64,000 nt of DNA from an uncultured Gammaproteobacteria bacterium (GTDB taxonomy: Bacteria; Pseudomonadota; Gammaproteobacteria; SZUA-229). Position numbers and translations under genes: made by a program. The notes beneath the pieces are model-generated. The model was not told the DNA's origin. It ran no database searches and saw only the letters and a program-made list of their open reading frames with translations. Below are positions 58,081-64,000 of the stretch, piece by piece. The DNA lies in contig CAVQDO010000023.1 in assembly GCA_963711255.1 (NCBI GenBank), positions 139,933 through 203,932 of the forward strand, read 5' to 3'. Positions within the stretch are counted from its first letter, which is position 1, and each line of letters starts with the position of its first letter.

Positions 58081-58332
58081 ATGAATACTGATACATCGCA
58101 GAAAACAGCGAAAGAGACAGGGAAAGAATCATCTTTGGAAGACAGCCAGAGTGAGGACCGTCGTTTGCAGGATGTTATTAAGTCGAAAGATCCCACACGA
58201 AAATTGAATCTTGATCGTCGGCAAAATAATAGTGAGCGGCGAACCACGGCTAACTCTTCGTATAATGGTCCTTCGCGGCGTTATACCATTGACAGGAGAA
58301 ATAATTATAAAGACCGTAGGTCTGAAAAATAA
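58081..58332 (+). CDS. Small basic hypothetical protein with repeated DRR/ERR motifs
   Basis: 83-aa ORF with RBS-like aggattaggtg. EDRRLQD, LDRRQNNSERR, SRRYTIDRRNNYKDRRSEK. No recognisable family, so coding status is uncertain. Confidence 0.4.
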   Translation: MNTDTSQKTAKETGKESSLEDSQSEDRRLQDVIKSKDPTRKLNLDRRQNNSERRTTANSSYNGPSRRYTIDRRNNYKDRRSEK

Positions 58333-58399
58333 TATCCAGTAAATTATGACGCCTGCTGTTTGATTTATTTATAAACAGCAAGCACTAAAAGTCGTGTGC

Positions 58400-59059
58400 T
58401 TATTTAGCGATATTCTGCAAAGCAGTTTTGTTAATGATGTCTATCTTGCCGCGATTAATATGAATATAACCTTTTGACTCCAGTTCTTTTAGCTGCCTGC
58501 TAATAACTTCACGTGCACTGCCCAGTTCTGCGGCAATATTCTGATGCGTTGAGCTCAAAGTGTTTTTATCATCGCAGCGATCGAGCAGATGTTTTGCCAG
58601 TCGCACATCCAGTTTGCCAAAGGCAACTTCTTCTACCAGTGTAATCAGGTCGCTGAGGTGTGAAGAAAATGCAGAAAATACCAGCGCTCGAAAATTTTCA
58701 GAATTTTTCATAGCCTCATTAAAAGGCTGCTCCGGGATGGCGAGGGCCTTTACGTCGGTTTCTGTCGTGCCTTCCGCCGGATAATTTTTATGGCCAAACA
58801 GGCAGGATGTGGTTAATACACAGGAGTCGCCCCTGGATAAGCGGTATAGTAAAATTTCGCGGCCATTTTCTGCACGGGTAAAGACTTTCACATGACCATC
58901 GAGCACGATGAGATAATTCGTACAGCTATCACCCTGGCGAAAGACGGTACTGCCGCGTTTCAGTTTGACGATGTTTGATGAATCGAGTAAACGACTAATA
59001 ATGTCATCGGCGGACTTTTCAATTTCGGGTAACAGCTCGCGCCAGTTATTTTCACTCAT
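58400..59059 (-). CDS. Crp/Fnr-family transcriptional regulator
   Basis: cNMP-binding-like fold (VFRQGDSCTNYLIVLDGHVKVF) plus a C-terminal HTH (THQNIAAELGSAREVISRQLKELE). There is no N-terminal Cys cluster, so it is not an Fnr-type O2 sensor. I prefer ATG 59059 over the longer track ORF (59134). Confidence 0.85.
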   Translation of the reverse strand: MSENNWRELLPEIEKSADDIISRLLDSSNIVKLKRGSTVFRQGDSCTNYLIVLDGHVKVFTRAENGREILLYRLSRGDSCVLTTSCLFGHKNYPAEGTTETDVKALAIPEQPFNEAMKNSENFRALVFSAFSSHLSDLITLVEEVAFGKLDVRLAKHLLDRCDDKNTLSSTHQNIAAELGSAREVISRQLKELESKGYIHINRGKIDIINKTALQNIAK

Positions 59060-59069
59060 ATTGTTTTGC

Positions 59070-59650
59070 CTAGGACTTGTACCAGTGATTACGCAGCGCG
59101 ATGAGTACTTTATTACTGTAGACCCTTGAGCCACGGCTGCCGTTATACCGGGCCAGTGCTTTATGCAGATCGCTGTTTTCCATGTCCAGATAATATTTCA
59201 ATATCGTGCAGCCCATACGAAGGTTGGTCTTCATGTCTGATCAGGTTGTCATCTGGATGGCCTATCTCATCCAGCCAGAAAGGCATAACCTGCATCATAC
59301 CCTGGGCGCCGGATTTTGAAATTGCATAACTGTCAAAATGACTTTCAACTTCTATCAGTGCCAGCACCAGTTCGGGCTGGAGTTTCTGCGCGAGTGGCTT
59401 CGTGGTGAACCTGCTTAAGCATGGCGATGCGGGTATTTTCATCTTTGACAAATTTTTCCAGGCGGCGAGACATGTCCAGTAGCCATACCTCGGCATGAAA
59501 GCGGTCGTCAAAACTTTCTGCTGAATTAATCGCTTCGCTTAATAGCTGCCGCAGCTTCGGGTCGATAGCCTGCGAATCAGCGTACGAATGAAAGGGTAAA
59601 ACCGTAGCTGTTACTATTATAAAAAGAAGTGTAATCAGATGTTTAATCAT
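59070..59650 (-). pseudogene. Lytic transglycosylase (Slt/SLT-domain) gene broken into three frames
   Basis: Frame A (59650-59345) encodes the signal peptide MIKHLITLLFIIVTATVLPFHSYA. Frame B encodes LQPELVLALIEVESHFDSYAISKSGAQGMMQVMPFW (catalytic ES motif). Frame C (hand translation) gives MKTNLRMGCTILKYYLDMENSDLHKALARYNGSRGSRVYSNKVLIALRNHWYKS* and ends at 59070. Confidence 0.8.
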
Positions 59651-59758
59651 GTATTAAATATACACAATAAAGCGCGTGAATGCTTTTAAATTACAAAAAA
59701 TAACGCCTGATCTAACGGCAGTGCCAGTTTTATGGCCTTATTACTGCCGTATGTGATA

Positions 59759-61462
59759 TTACTGCGCGTTAAGGAATGCAACGATTTCGTCGATAGCCAT
59801 ATCCTGGCTTTCTTCTTCATCGCGTTTTTTATATTCCACTTTATTTTCTTTCAAACCACGATCGCCGATGACGATACGATGTGGGATGCCGATCAGATCC
59901 AGATCTGCCAGCATGCCACCGAGCCTGGCTTTTTCATCATAGAGTAATACATCAAGTCCAGCTGCCGTCAGTTCATGATAAAGCTTTATTGCTGCTTTAC
60001 TGACATCTTCAGATTTTTGCATATTGATCGGTGCGATAGCGACATCAAATGGTGCCAGGCTGGCAGGCCAGATGATACCGTTATCATCATGATTCTGCTC
60101 TATGGCGGAAGCGACAATACGGCTGACACCTATACCATAACAGCCCATTGTCATAATGGTTGCTTTGCCGTTTTCATCCAGCACAGTGGCATTCATGGCT
60201 TCAGAATACTTGGTACCAAGCTGGAATATATGGCCCACTTCAATGCCGCGAACAATCGATAAAGTGCCTTTACCGTCAGGGCTGGCATCACCTTCGACAA
60301 TATTTCTTATGTCCGCTGCTTCAGCAACAGCGCAGTCGCGTTCCCAGTTGACGCCGGTCAGGTGTTTACCGTCCTGGTTGGCACCACAGACAAAATCGGC
60401 ACACTGTAAAGCAGAATAATCAGCAATAACTTTAATGCTTAAATTAACAGGGCCCAGCGAACCGGCAGAGCAGCCGGCAGCCTGTTTAATCTGTTCGTCA
60501 CTGGCAAAAGTTAGAGGTTCCGCCACCGCATCAAGGTGAGATGCTTTGATTTCATTCAGCTCATGATCACCGCGCAGTACCAGTGCGACCACGGTGTCTT
60601 CTTCACTGCCTTCAACCAGCAATGTTTTAAGGCATTGTGTGGCTGGCACCGATAAAAACCGGCTGACTTCTTCAATACTATGTTGATCGGGCGTGTCTAC
60701 CGTGGACATTTCTGCAGAAGCTTCAGGACGCGGCTCGGCGGGTGGCAGTGTCTCTGCTTTTTCTATATTGGCAGCGTAATTACTTTCAGAGGAAAATGCG
60801 ATGGCATCTTCACCGGAATCGGCCAGTACATGAAACTCGTGTGAGCTGTTACCACCAATTGAGCCGCTGTCAGCCATTACCGCGCGAAATTCCAGGCCCA
60901 TGCGTGTAAAAATACTGCTGTAGGTCTGGTACATCAGGTCATAGGTTTCCTGCAGGCTTTGCTGGTTACTGTGAAAGGAGTAGGCATCTTTCATCAGAAA
61001 TTCACGTGCCCGCATGACACCAAAGCGAGGACGTACTTCATCACGAAACTTGGTTTGAATCTGGTAATAGGTAACCGGCAGCTGTTTGTAACTGGAAAGT
61101 TCTTTACGTGCCATGTCGGTAATGATTTCTTCGTGCGTCGGGCCAAAACAAAACTCACGCTGATGGCGGTCAGTTAAGCGCAGCAGTTCGGGACCATATT
61201 GTTCCCAGCGTCCGGACTCCTGCCATAATTCACTTGGCTGAACGGCTGGCATAAGAACTTCCAGCGCACCGCAGCGGTCCATTTCCTGGCGAACAATGTT
61301 TTCAACCTTGCGCAACACACGCAGACCGAGCGGCAGCCAGGTGTAAAGCCCTGATGCCAGTTTCCTTATCAGGCCGGCACGCAGCATCAGCTGGTGGCTG
61401 CTAATCTCGGCGTCAGAAGGGGTTTCTTTTAAGGTTGTTAATTGAAATTTAGATAAATACAT
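59759..61462 (-). CDS. proS: Proline--tRNA ligase (bacterial type with editing insertion)
   Basis: [44 protein letters not shown]. Class II motifs. About 567 aa from ATG 61462; the track ORF extends to 61492. Confidence 0.96.
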   Translation of the reverse strand: MYLSKFQLTTLKETPSDAEISSHQLMLRAGLIRKLASGLYTWLPLGLRVLRKVENIVRQEMDRCGALEVLMPAVQPSELWQESGRWEQYGPELLRLTDRHQREFCFGPTHEEIITDMARKELSSYKQLPVTYYQIQTKFRDEVRPRFGVMRAREFLMKDAYSFHSNQQSLQETYDLMYQTYSSIFTRMGLEFRAVMADSGSIGGNSSHEFHVLADSGEDAIAFSSESNYAANIEKAETLPPAEPRPEASAEMSTVDTPDQHSIEEVSRFLSVPATQCLKTLLVEGSEEDTVVALVLRGDHELNEIKASHLDAVAEPLTFASDEQIKQAAGCSAGSLGPVNLSIKVIADYSALQCADFVCGANQDGKHLTGVNWERDCAVAEAADIRNIVEGDASPDGKGTLSIVRGIEVGHIFQLGTKYSEAMNATVLDENGKATIMTMGCYGIGVSRIVASAIEQNHDDNGIIWPASLAPFDVAIAPINMQKSEDVSKAAIKLYHELTAAGLDVLLYDEKARLGGMLADLDLIGIPHRIVIGDRGLKENKVEYKKRDEEESQDMAIDEIVAFLNAQ

Positions 61463-61482
61463 AGTTTGGGATACTCGGTAGA

Positions 61483-63432
61483 ATGAGCGCATTTTACCAA
61501 CTAATGAGATTTATGCGACTGAGTTTTTCACATTACTGCCGTGTTTTGATTTTATGTGTTAGCGGCAGCGTGCAGCCATATACAGTCGGTGTTGCTTATG
61601 CCAGCGGCAGTGAACAGATTGAGGCAGCCATAGCCGATGCTGAACGTTTGCAGTTGGCGGAGCACGAAAGCTGGTTGTCACTATTGCACTATAAGCATGA
61701 AACCGTTCTGCGGCGCTTTATCAGCCAGGTGGATGATGCGGACTTCTTTCTGGCGGAGAATGGCAAAAGTGATGCCAGGGCCGAGTTGATAGCGGATATA
61801 AAGGCCTTTTTCCGCGGCCCTGAAAACAGGCATGCCCAGTGTCTTTTTCCTGCACGCTGGTGGTGGTTAAAGCAGCAGCTCGGCCTGCCTGATAGCCATG
61901 ATGTGCGCTGTCCGCTACTGGAATCATTCATGATTCGAGTTGCGCATCACCGCTTGTATCTGGTATTTCCGACCATGTACTTAAATAATCCCGGTTCGAC
62001 ATTTGGTCATACCTTTCTGCGATTTGATTCAGAAGATGAGTCGATCCTGCTTTCAGATACATTAAATTATGCTGCCCGTGTTGACCGCAGCGACAATATT
62101 ATCAGCTACGTAAGTAAAGGCCTGTTCGGTGGTTACCAGGGGATATTTCGCATGAAACCGTATTACAAAACGGTACAGGAATACAGCAATATTGAAAACC
62201 GTGACATATGGGAATACCGGCTGAATTTTACCGAGGCAGAAATACAGCAGCTGGTCAGGCATGTATGGGAAGTTAAAGCTGTCGACTTTGATTATTACTT
62301 TTTTAGAGAGAACTGTGCCTACCGCCTGCTGGCATTGCTCGATGTGGTGCGTCCCGGTATGCATCTGACAGGCAGTAATGCATTTCCTGTAAATGCCATA
62401 CCGGTAGATACTGTGCGCGCACTGGATGATGCCGGTGTCATTGAGTCCAGAAAGTTTCGCGCCTCGCTGGCATCACAGATTAATGCTGATTTCGATCAGC
62501 GCAGCCGCCAGCATGTTTCTTTAGTACTCGATATCCTTGCTGATGAAAACCTGGATAAAGAAGCAATTGATAATCGATTAAAGACTTTAGTTCAGGATTC
62601 GGAAAAGCTGGCAGTGTTGACGCAGAGTTACAATATCCTTCATTTTAGAGGAAGTTCTTCATCAGGCAGGGCGCAGCACCTGTTGCAGTTAATGAATGAT
62701 TACTCAGCAAGTGCGGCTGATAGTGCTGATGACAAAGAGGAGACTGAACTGACCTCACCTGAAAAAGGTCACAGGTCAGTGCGTTTTGCCGCCGGCTACG
62801 GCGAACAAAATAGTGCACAATATATCGATCTGAAATTTCGTCCTGCGTTTCATGATTTACTTGATGCGCCCCAGGGTTATATTGATGGTGCAGCAATTAA
62901 CGTATTTGATACACGTTTAAAATGGTTTACAGGAGATTCGAATGAAAGCAGGCTTAGACTGGAGAGCCTGAGTTTTTTTAATGTCACTTCGTTTAGTCCA
63001 TTAAGGCGCTGGAAAAAATCCTTATCGTGGACACTGGATTTCAGTTTTAATCGGCGACAGCTAAGTGAGACACATTCAGCAGGACAGTTCATGAGCCGTG
63101 CCGGAGCCGGCTTTAGTGTCAGGATGAATCAATTAACGCCGTTTATTTTACTGAACGCCGAATGGGATCTGTCTGCCCAATACGATAAGGGTTATAGCCT
63201 GTTTGCCGGGTTACAGGCCGGTCTGCATTTCAATTATGCAAGTAGTCAGTTTTTAATGAGTTATGAAAAGGCGAATGCTGTATCAGGATTTGATCTTGAG
63301 CATTCAAATTCAGAGGTACAGTGGCAATATAATTTGCAGGTTAATCACGCTGTTCGTGTCAGCTACAGGCGTACCGAATACGACTTTTTTACTGACGAGG
63401 ACTGGTCGCTAAACTACCACTACTACTTTTAA
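61483..63432 (+). CDS. DUF4105 (Lnb N-terminal periplasmic domain)-containing protein with a beta-rich C-terminal half
   Basis: [14 protein letters not shown] and [10 protein letters not shown] resemble DUF4105. The C-terminal third has alternating-hydrophobic, barrel-like sequence ending in ...YHYYF. The start is uncertain: 61483 lies only 20 nt from the divergent proS ATG, and 61513 ([19 protein letters not shown]) gives a better signal peptide. Confidence 0.72.
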   Translation: MSAFYQLMRFMRLSFSHYCRVLILCVSGSVQPYTVGVAYASGSEQIEAAIADAERLQLAEHESWLSLLHYKHETVLRRFISQVDDADFFLAENGKSDARAELIADIKAFFRGPENRHAQCLFPARWWWLKQQLGLPDSHDVRCPLLESFMIRVAHHRLYLVFPTMYLNNPGSTFGHTFLRFDSEDESILLSDTLNYAARVDRSDNIISYVSKGLFGGYQGIFRMKPYYKTVQEYSNIENRDIWEYRLNFTEAEIQQLVRHVWEVKAVDFDYYFFRENCAYRLLALLDVVRPGMHLTGSNAFPVNAIPVDTVRALDDAGVIESRKFRASLASQINADFDQRSRQHVSLVLDILADENLDKEAIDNRLKTLVQDSEKLAVLTQSYNILHFRGSSSSGRAQHLLQLMNDYSASAADSADDKEETELTSPEKGHRSVRFAAGYGEQNSAQYIDLKFRPAFHDLLDAPQGYIDGAAINVFDTRLKWFTGDSNESRLRLESLSFFNVTSFSPLRRWKKSLSWTLDFSFNRRQLSETHSAGQFMSRAGAGFSVRMNQLTPFILLNAEWDLSAQYDKGYSLFAGLQAGLHFNYASSQFLMSYEKANAVSGFDLEHSNSEVQWQYNLQVNHAVRVSYRRTEYDFFTDEDWSLNYHYYF

Positions 63433-63460
63433 ATAATGAAAATATAAATCTCACAATTTT

Positions 63461-63799
63461 TTAGAAGGTGCGTTCATCCCAGCCCCACATATGGCGTTCC
63501 GGGCTGGAAAACTCAATATATATTCGTGAGCTGCTGATATTGAGTTCGGTATTGATAAAACCGCATATTTTTGCTGAAAAGTCTGCCGTATTGTTTTCCG
63601 GCAAACCCAGGCTTTTTAATTTTACGTGGGCGGCGGCTTCGTTACTGCCAGCAAAAAGCAGGGTTTGCTCGTGCTGAACTTTTACCATAACGTAACTTTC
63701 AGGTTTGCCCAGCATATCAGCAGCAAGTTTTGAGGCGTTTTCAGCAAATGTAATGCTGTTATCGATGACGATGTTGGTAGTTATTTCTAAAAGTGGCAT
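63461..63799 (-). CDS. MIF / phenylpyruvate tautomerase-family protein
   Basis: 112 aa from ATG 63799. It starts MPLLEITTN (Pro-1 after Met removal) and carries GKPESYVMVKV, RIYIEF and GWDERTF. Confidence 0.78.
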   Translation of the reverse strand: MPLLEITTNIVIDNSITFAENASKLAADMLGKPESYVMVKVQHEQTLLFAGSNEAAAHVKLKSLGLPENNTADFSAKICGFINTELNISSSRIYIEFSSPERHMWGWDERTF

Positions 63800-63843
63800 A
63801 AGAATTTTTCCTTGCTGAATTAACGGCTGAATTAACGACCAAT

Positions 63844-64000
63844 CTAGCGACAATACTCACGTTGTTTCTTTTTTGCAGCAGAAAGACGTTGCTGACGCTG
63901 TTTCTCGCTGAGGAACACATATTCGCCTTTTTTAGAAATCTCCCGCATGCGTCCACGACTATTGATCGATGCAATATCACTTTTGGCCTCGTCACATAAG
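63844..64000 (-). CDS. C-terminal 51 codons of an unidentified protein (5' part outside the window)
   Basis: The frame is open from the window edge to TAG (63846-63844). Hand translation: LCDEAKSDIASINSRGRMREISKKGEYVFLSEKQRQQRLSAAKKKQREYCR*. I did not recognise a family. Confidence 0.3.
   Translation of the reverse strand, partial: LCDEAKSDIASINSRGRMREISKKGEYVFLSEKQRQQRLSAAKKKQREYCR

Noticed and set aside
63759-63995. 78-aa minus-strand track ORF at the window end
   Set aside because: The sequence looks non-protein-like. A different minus frame is open to the window edge and reads as a plausible protein C-terminus. Confidence in either frame is low.
1-64000. Prophage, integrative element, IS, toxin-antitoxin or known defence-system genes
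   Set aside because: I recognised no integrase, transposase, phage structural, restriction-modification, Cas, or TA-like gene pairs in any frame. The 15.6-29.6 kb block has no mobility genes or flanking tRNA.

Overview
The window looks like a chromosomal segment of a gammaproteobacterium, roughly mid-40s %GC by eye (not computed). About 60 protein-coding genes can be supported. I found no rRNA, tRNA, CRISPR array, IS element, integrase or prophage genes. Two housekeeping blocks have Pseudomonas-like gene order. Block 1 is a partial UvrD/AddA-type helicase, parE, parC, htpX, a FimX-like degenerate REC-PAS-GGDEF-EAL protein, a FimW-like PilZ-motif protein, and epmB/efp/epmA. Block 2 is psd, PCuAC, prmB, aroC, MFS, LysR, leuC, a small lipoprotein, leuD, leuB, asd, fimV-like, truA, trpF, trpB, trpA, accD, folC, a SPOR protein, cvpA, purF, metZ, several DUF proteins, Crp/Fnr, proS, DUF4105 and a MIF-like tautomerase. 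The main find is a ~14 kb, all-plus-strand block (15.6-29.6 kb) between epmA and psd, where I can assign only generic family labels. It holds an MFP+RND pump with no outer-membrane factor gene; the pump has an extra 13th hydrophobic helix, a Pro/Ser/Thr tail, and an out-of-frame Lys/Ala/Pro-rich ORF with no credible start codon. Next come three signal-peptide proteins of extreme composition, one of which is a small Gly/Asn/Tyr/Trp-rich protein resembling sulfur-globule or structural self-assembling proteins. These are followed by an exported 269-aa protein, a short ParA/MinD-type ATPase, a TM-repeat-TPR scaffold-like protein with near-identical 123-bp tandem repeats, and a membrane-anchored DUF302-like protein. 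The block ends with a bitopic protein carrying ten Met-phased heptads and a membrane-anchored dynamin-like GTPase. I propose this block as a candidate undescribed envelope or inclusion biogenesis and positioning system; this is a hypothesis, not a demonstrated function. Other points: a ~100-bp nested palindromic element with perfect 24-bp inverted arms occurs twice, and there are four reading-frame breaks (truA, a lytic transglycosylase twice, and the RND/Lys-rich junction). All four breaks correspond to one extra base in the direction of translation, which points to sequencing indels as much as to biology.
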